Origin: Vicugna vicugna
Taxonomy: Eukaryota
Direction: 5' to 3'
Assembly: GCA_013265495.1 (NCBI GenBank)
Contig: MU058636.1
Span: 8,076,295-8,140,294 of the forward strand
DNA length: 64,000 nt
The position numbers and the translations under genes were made by a program. Below are positions 37,658 to 50,524 of this stretch, in pieces; the stretch's first letter is position 1; each line of letters opens with the position of its first letter. The notes under the pieces are model-generated. The model worked only from the letters and a program-made list of their open reading frames with translations, searched no databases and was not told the origin of the DNA.

Positions 37658-38282
37658 GTTGGAATTAGTTTTTCTCATCTCTGACATCCAGGTGCTTTAT
37701 TTTGAACAAAACAGCCAGCTTTACAGTTCCTCTCAGCTTGACTAAGCTTTAGACAGGCTTTTTCCGGACTCTAGGCTCATGACTTCCCTTTTCTTAGAGC
37801 ATTTACTTTGGAAAACTTGTAAATTCTTTCTTTGCCCCTTTGAGATGTAATTTTAAAAAAAAGTTCTTAACCTCCTCCGGTCCTCCAGCTACCCCTTTGA
37901 AATGTAATCGTCAAGGAAATACGCGCCTATCTCCCATTGTCTGCTGGGAGACTTGGAGCCTCACTTCCGTGGGTGCCTAGCACCAGGTTGTAAAAGTACC
38001 CCCTGTCATGAAGAGAAGAGAAAGTTTGCTTTTCCTTTGGTTAAGGCCAGTTGACACAGGTGGTCTACAACCCCCCGTCACCCCAGCTCTTAAATCCTTC
38101 CTGCTATAAACTTCTTTTCTTCAAAGGACAGAGTCAGCAGAGTGAAAAGGCAACCCATGGACTGGGAGAAAATGTTTCCAACTCATTTATCTAATAAAGT
38201 GTTAATATCTAGAATATATTTAGAACTCCTACAACTTAACAACAATAAAGCCAAGCAACTTGGTTGAAAAGTGGGCAAAGAA

Positions 38283-40271
38283 GGAGTTTCTGGGTTGGCG
38301 AAAGCATCCACATGCCCAGAGGGCACTCCTGTTCCATGAGGACGGAAGTTCCTGCACCTGGGAACCTTCATCCTTTGTCCTGTGTGCCTCTTCATCTGGC
38401 TGTTTGTATCCTTTATAATAAACTGGTAAATGATTTTCTGGTGATTCCTACAAGCTTATTCTTCTGGATGATCATTTGTGTCATTTTTGTCAAGAAAGAT
38501 ATTATTTCAAGAGACAGTTAATAAGCTATGTAAGGGATTTTTTTTTTTTTAACACAAGAGAATGCTGTTTGGAGAGAAAGAAAATAAGATGAAGGTGATG
38601 GCGGGACCAGTGCCTCAGGTTGAGTCTGCAATAGTTTCTCAAGATGCCTGAAAAGATACCTACACTTTATTTCTGCTTTTATAAAAATTGGAAGTCAAAT
38701 GAAGAATATGCAGGATGTGATAGACTGATACTTTTCATTGCTTGAGAACGTGGACTATTTTCTCTCCTATATATTTAGCTGTTTTGGCTTTGAACCTTAA
38801 TACTTCAATCAGTGTAATATTGAAGGAAGACTGTCTAAAGTTTTATTGAAGACTCAGCCATGTTTTCTTTTTTATTAACTGCGACAGAACTAAATATATC
38901 TTGGCAGAGAAAATATACCGCTTGCCTCTATTTGAAGTCCCCCTGCCATGGGCATAATTGACCATCAACTCTATAGAGGTCTGTAAATTTATTTGAAAGG
39001 TCTGCAAATAAGATTCGTCCACTAATAAATTCTAAGAAAGAAGCTGGAGAAAACACTGAAAAGAAGTATACTTGTATTATCACCTATCTTAGCATTCACT
39101 GTGACTAGCTCTATGAGAGAAAAAAGCAAAGGAACTCTTTATGACGAGCAGCAACATTTCTAACTGATTTTTAGCTATACCCTTAAGAGAGAATAGATGT
39201 GTGTGACATGTAATTATTCAATTATTACTGTGTATGTATGTGTAATACTGAGTAGCTCATATCCTAATATACTACATTTTACAGTTTTAAGTAATATCAT
39301 CAAGACTGTATGTGGTTACTACTCAGCCATAAAAAAAGAATCAAATGATGCCATTTGCAGCAACATGGATGGACCTGGAGATCGTCATTCTAAGTGAGCC
39401 AGAATGAGAAAAAAAAAATACCATACGATATCCCTCATATGTGGAATCTAAAAAAAAAAAGGACACAAATGAACTTACTTAGAAAATAGTGACAGACTCA
39501 CAGAGACATATAAAACTTACGATTATAGGGGGAAAGCGTATCGAAAGGGATAAATTGGGATTTTAGGATTTGTAGATACTAATTACTACACATAAACTAG
39601 ATAAACAATGAGGTCCTACCCTATAACACAGAGAACTATATTCAGTACCTTGTAATGGCCTATAATGAAAAGGAATATGTATATGTATATATATAAAAAT
39701 GAATCACTATGCTGTACACCAGAAATTAACACAACATTGTAAATCAACTATATGTCAATAAAAAAAGACTGTGGTGCACACGTACAGAGCCAACACTCAT
39801 GTCATAAATATTGCTGTGATCTCTAATAACCAGCTACATGTTGGATAAATATATTTAGGTTTAGAAATACCAAGTTATTGGACCATTTGCTGTATTTCTA
39901 ATGTGAAAGTCTTAGGGGAATTTATAAATACTCTAAACTCATACTTGCTGTGGAAAAATTTTACTCATCACTGAATTATTACTTGGCCTTTGAAAATCAT
40001 TATTACCACTTAGCTCCCTTGGAGAGATGGATAATCTTCCTAATACGGACAAGTATTTTCCTCCCAAAAGGGAGAAGTTTTACAGCCTGTGCCTCACAGG
40101 GTCAGAAACGTACTTTTGTCTCTTTAGTGTTGATAGCTTCTTTCAAGTGGTGAGAGAACTAATCTTATGCAAATATTAATCCAGTGAAATAATGTGATAT
40201 TGGTATTCAAAGCAATTAGGTTACCACTTCAATTTCTGTTCTGTAACTCAAATTGCAATAAGAAACTTTAA
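38283..40271 (+). pseudogene. Candidate processed retrocopy of a transcript starting in a MER21-like LTR
   Basis: 16-bp TSD (14/16 match), short A-run at 3' end, MER21-like 5' segment ending abruptly at ~38431. Confidence 0.5.
39310..39764 (+). mobile_element. Younger L1 3' UTR fragment
   Basis: ggatggacctggagatcgtcattctaag...caataaaaaa; TSD aagactgt (39302-39309 / 39765-39772). Confidence 0.85.
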
Positions 40272-42509
40272 AAAAATGGGCAAAGGACTTGAAAAGACAT
40301 TTCTCCAAAGATGTATAATAAGCATATGAAAAGATACTCAACATCACTAATTACTAGGGAAATGCAAATAAAAACCACAGTGAGATACTACCTCAAGTCC
40401 ATTGGGATGGCTATTATCAAAAAACAAAATAACAAGTGTTTACAAGGATGTGGAGAAATCAGAACCTTTGGACATTGCTGATGGCTATGTAAAATGGTAC
40501 AGATGCTATGGAAAACAGTATAGTGGTTCCTCAAAAAGCTCAACATAGAATTATCACGTGACCCAGCAATTCCAGTTCTAGGTATAGTCCCAAAAGAATG
40601 GAAAGAAGAGACATAAACAGGTATTTGTACAACAGTGTTCATAGTAGCGATATTCACAACCGTCAAAAGGTGCAAACAACCCAATGTCCATCAACAGATA
40701 AATTCATAAACTGTGGTATATACATACAGCAGTATTTTTCGGCCTTAAAAAGGAATAAAATCCTGATACATGCTTGAAAACATTACGCTAAGTGAAATCA
40801 GTCAAACACAGAAGGACAATTATATGATTCCACCTAATGAGATACCTACAATGGTCAAAGTCATAGAGACAGAAAGTAGAACAGTTTATCAGGGACTGTA
40901 GGGTGGGAAGAATGGGAAATTATTAATTAATGGGTGTTGTTTCCATTTTGGAAGATGAAGAAGTTCTGGAAATAGATAACACTGATGACTGCACAACAAT
41001 TATGAAAGTACTTAATGCCACTGAACTGTACGTTTAAAATAGGTTGCAATAGTAAATTTTATGTATATTTTACCATAATAAAAATATTTTAAAAGCCACC
41101 ATAACAACTCTCCCATCCTTTGTTTCAGCAGAGTTAAGTTCAGATTATGTTCTGACCTCTTTTACCTGTTTGGACAGCCTTGAGTAGTCTTCCTTACCTT
41201 AACTTTGTTGGGGACAGTTTTTGGTTTGACAATTCGTAGTTCTGGCATTGCATTGTATGTACCATGCATTATATACAGTTATTTGAGCACACATCTGTTG
41301 CTCTGTGGTATTTTAAACCCCCTGAGTTTGGGAACCGTATTGTGTTCATACTTTCATCTTTCAGAATGCATATCCTAGTGTCCTTACAAATTAGAGCCTC
41401 AAAAAAATTTTATTGGAAATAATTTACCTTGTTTCTATTATACATGGAGAGTTTCTTGTATATAAGTGACATCTTGTGGAACCAAGTGGAATAGCTAGTA
41501 CTCTGTTAGTACTTGATTTGAACAAATTGTGCTCTTTTAAAAGACCTAGATCCTATATATCTTCTTTAAAGTTTACCCAAAATAAGCATTGTTGCAATCA
41601 GAGAGTAACAGGGCAATGGTATTGCTAAACAATGCTTTTGTCCCCTGAGGTGGAGCCTACCTGGGACAATTTCTGGCTGGATCATCACAGCCCCTACCAG
41701 GTTGGAAAAGTCATCACACTTTTAAGGGATTCCCTAAATCATAATGATTAATTTATTAATAATTGGCCTAAAGATGATAGTTGAAACCAAGAAAAAGAAA
41801 AAGTATGTTTGTTGGCTGTAGAAGCAAAAAGGCTTTGCAAAGAACCCTGAGAAATGTCAGTAGTATTGCTAATTGTCTTGAGGGAAGATTTTTGTGCTTG
41901 AAAAAAAATGATTTATAATTGCCAGTGTTTTAATGAATATTCAATTTATTAAAATTCTAGACTTGTAAATTTAGATCTTTTAAGCCTTTAACCTCAGTGT
42001 ACTTATTTTATTATAAATGTAGTAAATTCAGTTTTGATTAAAAACAATGTTTTTCTAATTCCTCAAGGGATTCTTATGAATTTTGAGAACCTGGCTTTCT
42101 AAATTACAGTGAGTGAAACTATTCTTGACCTGTTTTCTCAGGCCATAAAGAATAAGTTTTATAGGCTTGGCATGAAGATTCTATAGCATTTTCAGTTCTC
42201 ATTGGTGCAGGTCAAACTGAGATTTCCTTTAGCCAGCACTGCTTTCAGAAGTGTGTCTGACTTTCTGCCGAGGATGACCCTGATAAAGGAAGCAAAGGAA
42301 GAGGCAAGAAAATAAAACAGGGATGGAAATCAGAGTTGCACAGCAGTCTCCAGCACAGAATTTGACTTTCTGTCTCTGTCCCTTTCTTCCTTTCCTCAGG
42401 CAAACTTATTGAACCAGTATTGGTGAAATTGGGCTACTGCTCTGAACATCTCAAGGACTTACTCTGATTCATGATTTCATCACTAATGTCTACTGAAATC
42501 TGAGTGCTT

Positions 42510-43350
42510 GCTGTTCATTCATTCATTCAAGAACTATTTACTGAGAGCCTATAATATACCAGTCATGATTCTAACTGCTGGGGATGTTAGCAGTGACCAA
42601 ATAGATAAAAATCATGCCCTCATAGAGATACATCCAAATGGGAGAAGACAGACAATAAGAAAATAAATAACATACAGTATGTTAGATGTATCAGTGTCCT
42701 CCAGGCAAAAATCACAAGAAACATGCCTGTAGTTGAACAGCTTGGGTTTGTTACTTGTTAGAGTGTGGGAGAACCGTCATCACAGGGAACTGTTGGGGGG
42801 AGCTCGATAAGAGAAAGAACCTATTGTAGGATTTAGGCTGTGGCTGAGTGATTTTGGGGAGGGTCTAATAAGTGGTGATTTTCTTTGGATTGCCTGTTGT
42901 CAGAAAGCAGGGACAATTTTATAGTTAAGTGTCCTTGTCTGTTGTTGACATTCTGTGAGATTATGCCCAACAGGAGAACACCATGGCCTAGCTGTGAACA
43001 TCAGGCCAATTTCCAGATTTAAGAAATTTTTACTTTCTGAGATGATATGTGCCATGAAAAAAAAAAATCAGGGAGAGGCGATAGGGAGTTCTGGATGGAG
43101 CTAGATAGGAGTGGTTTTGATTGACAAAAGGATAGTCAACAAAGGACTCCATGAGTAATTAACTTGTGTGCAAAGATCTGAAGGAGGTGAGGGAGTGAGC
43201 CTGCAACAAGTGAAAGGTGGGGGAATGAATAGAGGGGAAAGGGGAAATCCTTGGCACATTCTAGGTAGGAACAGTAAAGAAACCATAGGGCTAAATTATT
43301 AGTTAACAAAGATGAGAGAAATGACCCAGAGTAAGATATTGCGGCTAAGT
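42510..43350. mobile_element. L2 fragments with a probable LTR insert (~42690-43030)
   Basis: ttcattcattcattcaagaactatttactgag L2 end motif. Confidence 0.55.
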
Positions 43351-45849
43351 CTAGAGTGACTAGCCCTGTTATCAAGCACTGAGTGGAGTTCAGACCAACT
43401 TTAGCAGGCCTGGGGGCAAGACTGGACTTGTTTTTGGTATAGTAATTAGGGGTATCAATCCAGGATTGGATTAGTCTAGACTAGATTATTTGAAAAAGTA
43501 GATTTAGGCAGACTTCATCTCTCCAGCCTTGTCTCAGAGCAGTTTCCCAAACAGGTGATGAGCTTAGTGCTGACACAGAACATTCAACCATTTGCTAAGT
43601 GCTTTCACCCAGTCATGGAATCTCCCTAAGCTGATTCCACAAGGAGAACCAGAAATCATTTTAAAATGTGTGTGTTGCATGAGAATGAATTCTGAGTTAT
43701 GAAAATGCCTCTTCCAGTTTGTAACTAGGCAAGCTCTTTCATAGCAATCCTTTAAACATTTTGTATAGATTTTCACACGTGTTAATCTCATTGAACAATT
43801 TGCCTTGTGAAATAGGGTAGGAATCTTCCCATTTATATTTGGTTGCATCATATGAAATTGCTATTTTTATCATTTTGACCTACACAAGTGACAATTACTT
43901 GTGACCCTACCTAAAAGGTGAGGAGATTGGAGAAGTTAAGATAGGCAAAGGAGAGTTAGTGGTAGAGTTTAACAACTTTTGTACTTATGTCTCCAGCCTA
44001 GATTACTCCCAGGACTCCAGACTCATCAACATGTCCTCTTGAACATCTAGTAAGCATTTCAAATTTAACGTGGTAAAAACTGCATCACTAGTAATAGCTT
44101 CTTGAATGGTTGCCCTGTGGTCACCATTGCCTGTCAACATTCTGCTTTCCATACAGAATGACCTTGTATAAACATCTAAATCTAGTGATAGAGCTTCTCT
44201 GCTCTGATGACTTTGCATAGCCGGAGTCATTAAAAATTCTGCAAAACGATTGATTTCCCACACCTCCATGACCTTTTATATCTCATCTTCTTGAACACAT
44301 TTCTGCCTCCAGGGCTTTGCATTTGTAGTTTCTTCTATTTGTAATTCTCTTCTTTGAGATTAAATTCCAACTGTAAGTACTTCACTGTGTATTTCTAAGA
44401 GATCATTTTAAAAGTAATCACAATATCAATATCATACTGTAAAAACAAAGTATAATTTGATAATATCATCTGATATACAGTCAGGGTTTATATTTTCTTA
44501 GTTTTCACAATTAAAAATATTTTTTTATTCAAATCAGGATCCAAACAAATCCACAATTGCATTTGCTTAATATGTCTCTTAAGATACTTTTAATCTGTAA
44601 AGTTGTGTCTCCCACCACTTTTTTCATGCCCTTTGTTTGCTTAAAACAAAAAAAGAAAAGACTGGGTCTTTGGTGAGGTAGAATTTCTGACATTCTAGAT
44701 TGATATTGTTTAAGATGTTTATCTTTTTATTTCCCCTAACCTGGTTATTAGATTAGACCTCGAGGCTAGATCAGATTTAAGTTCGATTTTTTCCACAAAT
44801 ATTTCATAGATGTGTTTGTATGTTGCCTATTGCATTATATTAGGGAGGTTATAATGTCTGGCTGTCTCTTTTCGTGATGTTAAGATTGTTCAGTAATTTA
44901 GGTATTGAATTAATTCAGTTTAGCCACTAGAGGTCAGGACTTTATTTTAAAAATGAGCACTTCATGAAGGATCTAGACTTAAGTTTTGTAAAAGAGTGAA
45001 AAACATGTGTATTAATGAAGTGTCATTTTTAGGAATTTCTGTATAAAAATTTTTAGACTCTTAACTATAAATGTTTATTGCTTTAAAATGTTAAGTATAG
45101 TTTTGCCATGTAATTTTGCCATTTTAGCCATTATCACTATGCTAAAATTATGTTTCCTAGATTCAATTGCTTCTGTACCCTAGAAGTTCAAGTCAGTTTA
45201 TATGCCACCTTAACTGTACATATTACTCTGATTAAAATAGAAAAACAGGAAAGATAGGAGGAAAGGAAGAATACTGGTAAAACCAATCATGGGAAAAAGG
45301 CACTGAGCAACAAAGGAGAGGAGGAAGTAGGGTATATTTGCCTATCTGTGGCTGAAATGGGCCCCTGAAACTGTGCTTCGTCTCTGGGACTGTTCTCAGG
45401 CCTGTTTCCCAGGGCTCTCTGCAGAACTTTGAATGAAACATGCCTTGCTTTTGGCTGAGTAGCCTTGTGAGTCCAAAGAAGTTCTTCAGTTTAATCATAT
45501 TAAGAATTTTATTGGAGATGCTGATATGTGTTGTTTGTGTTCTTCACAAGTGGGAGAAATTTAATTCAGTAACGTAACTATTGTGGTAAATTACTGGCCC
45601 AAAACCTCACACCAATACAATAGATGAGTATCATAATAACAGTAACATATTCATTTCTATATACATTCTACAGGAGTGGAAAAACATGGGCTAAACCCAG
45701 AGAATCCAGGATTTAGATTCTGGCACTGCTTTACTATGGCTTCTTGTAACATGATCACTTTGAGCTTCTATTTACCTGTATGTAAGGTGGGACCAGTGAG
45801 ACCTAGAGCTGCCAGGGTGGTTGCAAGGTTTGGGTTTTCTTCTTATCTC

Positions 45850-46680
45850 ATTGGTTGCTTCTATTTAGTGTCCCTTATTGGATCCTTGCACAGTCCCAGC
45901 CTCATTTCTTTTTATTGCTGAATATTCTGTTGTATGGATCTATCACATTTTATTTGTTCATCAATTCAGGGTCATTTGGTTTGTTTCCACTTTTTGCCTA
46001 TCTTGATTAATGCTGTTATAAACATTCATGTACAAGTTTTAGTGTGCACATATGTTTGTTTTTTTTTTTCCTCTTGGGTATTTACCCAGGAAGGGGATTA
46101 TTAAGTCATATGGCAATTCTGTATTTAAACTTTTTAGGAAGTGGCTGTACAATTTTACATTCCTACCAGCAGTGTATGAGGGGACTCCAGTTTCTCCAGA
46201 TCCTTACCAACATTTGTTATTGTCTGTCTCTTTGATTACAGCCATCCTAGTGGATGGGAAGTGGTACCTCATTGTGGTTGATTTGTACATCCCTAATGGC
46301 TGATAATGTTGAGCATCTTGTTATATGCTTATTGGTCATTTGTATGTCTTTTGTGGAGAAATATTTATCCATATCTTTTGCTCATCTTTTAACTGGGTTA
46401 TTTTTCTTTTTATTGTTGAGTTGTAAGAGTAGTTTATATATTCTGGATACTACTCCTTTATCAGCTATGATATGTAAATGTTTTCATCCCTTTTGTGGGT
46501 TGTCTTTTTACTTTCTTGGTAGAGTAATGTGAAGCACCAATTTTAGTTTTGATGATGTTCAAGTCATCAATTTTTTTCTTCTATTCCTTGAGTGCTTGGT
46601 GTCAGAACTAAGAAACCATCACCTAATGTAAGGTCACAGAATTTTTTGCCTGTTTTTTTTTTTTTCTTAAGAGCTTCGTA
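45850..46680 (-). mobile_element. Old L1 (L1MB-like) fragment
   Basis: Reverse-strand L1 ORF2-end motifs (ttacattcctaccagcagtgtatgaggg). Confidence 0.85.
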
Positions 46681-47134
46681 TTTGGAGCTTCTACTTTCTC
46701 TAATTTTTTCATTGGAAACTATTGATAGATCTTCATATTTAAAGGAATTATCCCCCCAGTGGTGTTTAACATCTGGCTTTCTGAAAAAAAGAGCATGCGT
46801 ATCTTTGTGTACATAGATTATTATAAATTTTACTGTTTAAAAGGAAGCGTAGTATGCAATTTACAAGTAATAATAATAAAATATACAATACTTTGTACTG
46901 AAGTTTCACATACCAATCAATTATCACAGAATGCTTTTATTGATTTTTGCTGAGTTCTTATATCCATGACTAATCTGTAATTGCAGTTCAACCCTGATTT
47001 GAGAAATTGAATTGATCTCAATTTGTTAACTCTTTACCAATAAATTTATTATTATTAAATGTGATATGTGACTTACTGTTAAATGATTTCTCACCTGAAG
47101 AAATTCTATTTATTAAACTGAAATATTTTCCAAC

Positions 47135-47535
47135 TTTAGCGCCAGATCAGTTCCTGATTTGTAGTGCTTACCAATTTCCATTGTGTAAATAGTCTCACTG
47201 TGATTGATTTCAAGCTATTAACATGACATCATTTAACAGAGTTGGGAAGAGAAGCACAGTAGCAGATAATTATACAGTATTTATACTGTATAGATACAAT
47301 AGAAATAAATAATCTCAGAAGCAAAAATAATAGCAAAACATGTAATAATATATTTAGGAACTGATGAGTTTTAAATTTTATTACCTTCATTTTCAACTTA
47401 ATTTAGTGAATTGTAAGTTCATATAATTTAATTTTTAATAGTGGCTATGTTTAACATCCAGCTTGTAAAATTTCTGAAAATTTAGCCGTAAGCGCCTCAA
47501 AAACCTGTAAAGATCAGTTCCAAAACACTACTGAC
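47135..47535. mobile_element. MER63-like hAT-Blackjack fragment
   Basis: ccaatttccattgtgtaaatag...cagagttgggaagagaagcacag resembles recalled MER63. Confidence 0.55.
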
Positions 47536-49339
47536 CCCTCTTATTCCAATTGCCCCAAGTACATTAGGCATATCTTGATCATAGTGATGCAGAATAGGTT
47601 TTTAGAGCTGATATTATGTGTTTTGGTGCCACATTGTCTATGTTTCGGAGCCGTAGTGTGGATGCTTCCGGCTGCTGATTCTTAGAGTATAAAGAAAGCT
47701 TAAACCTTACAAGTGATCTGTTTCTACTTTCAATATTTATTGACTATTCATTGGCTATGCCAGATTTCCTGTACTTTAATATGCCTACAAATCATCCAAG
47801 GAATTCACTAAATTGCAGATTCCAGGGCTCAACTCCAAGCTTCTGATTCTATAGACATAAAGTGGGGGTAAGAAATTTATAAGCATCTTAGGAAATGCTG
47901 ACACAGGTATTCTTTATGCTTTGAAAATGACTTTTTTCATAGCACTAGACAGTTGAAGTCATTAAAATGAATTCTTCTAAATAGGTCACTGTCCATGCTG
48001 CTCTCAATAAGCTTGAATAACATAAGCTTTTATGTTAAGTATAATTCAATAAGGAAATCTTAACTTTGTTCAGGAAGAGATACTTTCACGTCTGTCTACT
48101 TAATTTATGCTTAAACATCAATCCATAAATTTAGAAACAATACAAATTTGTTCACACATAATGTCACCAGATCATGACTTCAAAAGAGTAGATTGAAATC
48201 TGTTTCTATCTCTGCATCTCTATCATGTCTACCTCTGTCACTTCTATTTCTACCTCTGTCTCCATCTCTATCTCCAGTTCTATTTCTATCTCTACCTCTA
48301 CTTCTGTCTCTTTTAAAAATATGTATTTCATCAGTTTATGTGATATTATGCATTATAAAATGTAAGATACTTTAAACTTCCACTGGTGAACAAAGGAAAT
48401 GGAGTCTGAGGTGGGAAGAGTGGAATATTATAACAAATTTTCTGGAAAGTAATTTTCTCCTAAATAAGTAAATATTTTACTTGTGTTTTACTTCATTTTA
48501 GTTGAGAACTAGTTGGTTTCTTATCTTGGCCGGGAACAAGAAGAGTTGAGAAACCACAACATCTGGAACTAAAGGAAATCAGATTCAGAATTAATTATGT
48601 TGACATCTAAATTCCAAACATTTCAGCATCTTGGTATAAATTCATCCATATATTTTAGATAAGAATGATAACCAATATAATCTTGGGATTTACTGTGAGA
48701 AAGGATCCTTTGAATAGATGTACAGCTGCCTCTTACTATTATCCACAAGTGGGTCTGGCCTGAATAATGCTGAACTATTGTAATTCCAGTTAATATGTCC
48801 TTAGGAATTTCTTAAGTAATTGGCTGATGTGAAATTTTCAGTTATTTAAAAATAGAAGTTTAAAAATTCTCTATTATTCTCTTTTTCAAATAAAAAAAAA
48901 TTTTTTTTAGAAATATGTCTTCATTTCAGTCCATATAGTATTAAAACTTTAGGTTTAATTGTAACCACTTAGAAGAAAATTCTGTATGAGAACATGTTTG
49001 GAAACATTTAATAGTTTTGTTGTTATTGTTGCATAGGGAAGGGATTAGTGACGAAAGGAGGAAAATGAAACAGTATATATTTTTAAGTCTTATGATTTAC
49101 CAAAGAAACTGAAAACAACATCAAATTATTATGATATTTCATTGTTCTATAAGTAAAAATAAAATCAACTACAGAGTTAACAGACTAGATGGGTAGCTCA
49201 TTTCATTCCATCCATGAATTTAGTCATTAATTGTACTAAAGAGAAACCGTATTACATTTAGAGAAGTATGGTCTTTGGAGTCATGGAGTCATATTGATTT
49301 GAATTAAATCTTTGCTTATAAAGGTTAAATTCAGTTTGT

Positions 49340-49420
49340 TATCTGTCTGTCTGTCTATCTACCTATCTATCTAATCTCTCTCTCTATCTCTCTTTCCACC
49401 TATCCATTCATCCATCCATG
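49340..49420. repeat. Compound (TCTG)/(TCTA)/(TC)/(TCCA) simple repeat
   Basis: Visible directly. Confidence 0.75.
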
Positions 49421-50147
49421 CTGAATGGATCAGATTGAAATAAAACATGGTTTATGCTTTCAGGAAGCTTCCAGTCTAGTGAAGAAGCAGATAATAAATC
49501 AGAGGTCATGGTTCATATGATTATGGTGCATATAGATGCTATCTCAGTACAATGGAGGAGATCTAAATCAGACAGGGTTTGGAGGATAAAGGAGAGCTTC
49601 GGAGAGGTGATGCTTGATTTCATTTCTCAAGAACATATGGAGTCAACCAAATAAGAAAGAGTTGAAGGCCATTTTAAGGAGAAGAAATTAATATATGAGT
49701 GTCAGGAAATTTGAAATGCTTACCAGACATACCATGGGAGAAGTCAATTTGTGCTAAACACTCATATAAAAACAAAAAGAAACTGATTTAATTATACTTG
49801 TATCCAAGGACAATGGAAGCCATACTGATTCATCTTTTCTTAACTGAAAGAGTCATCCAAAGTGACACTGGCAGGTAAACCAGGTTTCTCTCCTTCTCTA
49901 ACTCTGTCTAATTTCTGCAAGAAATTTATGGTAGAACTTAATTTCAAGTTAATTTTTAATTTAAATTTTGAATAAATAGTTGAAATAGTTGAAACTCTTT
50001 ATCGATCCATTTAATCCTTTGCCAGATTATTCAAAACTCTGTATTCTCTTAGTAAAACAGTGACTTATGCCTATGATCATTGAACGCTCACTTGCAACTG
50101 GTAGGGTACTCTTTAGTAATCTACTGCAAGTTGACTCTCACCAATAG

Positions 50148-50524
50148 CTCTGGGCTGGATTGTGTCCCCTCCAAATTCATATGTTGAAACTCTAACCTTC
50201 ACTGTGGCTGTATTTGGAGTTAAAAAAAAAAAAAGGAAGTAATTAAGGTTAAATGAGGTTATCAGTGTGGAGCCCTGATCTGATAGGATTAATGTCCTGG
50301 TAAAAGGGGTCACCAGGGAGCTCCCTCTGCTTCTCCTCTCACCTGTGAGGGCACAGGGAGGAGTCATCCATCTGCAAGTAAGAAGAGAGCTATAATCAGG
50401 AACTGAATTGGATGGACCTTGATCTTGGACTTCTTAGCATCCACAACTGTGAGAAAATAAATTTCTTTTGGTTAAGCCACCCAATCTATGGTGTTTTTTA
50501 TGGCAGCCCAAGGTGACTAAGACA
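50148..50524 (+). mobile_element. MaLR LTR (MLT1A/B-like)
   Basis: gggctggattgtgtcccctccaaattcatatgttgaa...tatggcagcccaaggtgactaagaca. Confidence 0.85.

Larger units (their letters stand above)
38105..41090 (+). mobile_element. L1MB-like 3' fragment split into ~38105-38282 and 40272-~41090
   Basis: Continuous L1 ORF2 and 3' UTR text across the gap, with aaaa(g/a)tgggcaaag(a/g)a duplicated at both junctions. Confidence 0.8.
37703..41231 (+). mobile_element. ERV1 LTR split into 37703-~38104 and ~41100-41231 by nested insertions
   Basis: TG start, CA end, near TSD attt/attc; LTR-like text resumes after the L1 tail. Confidence 0.65.
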
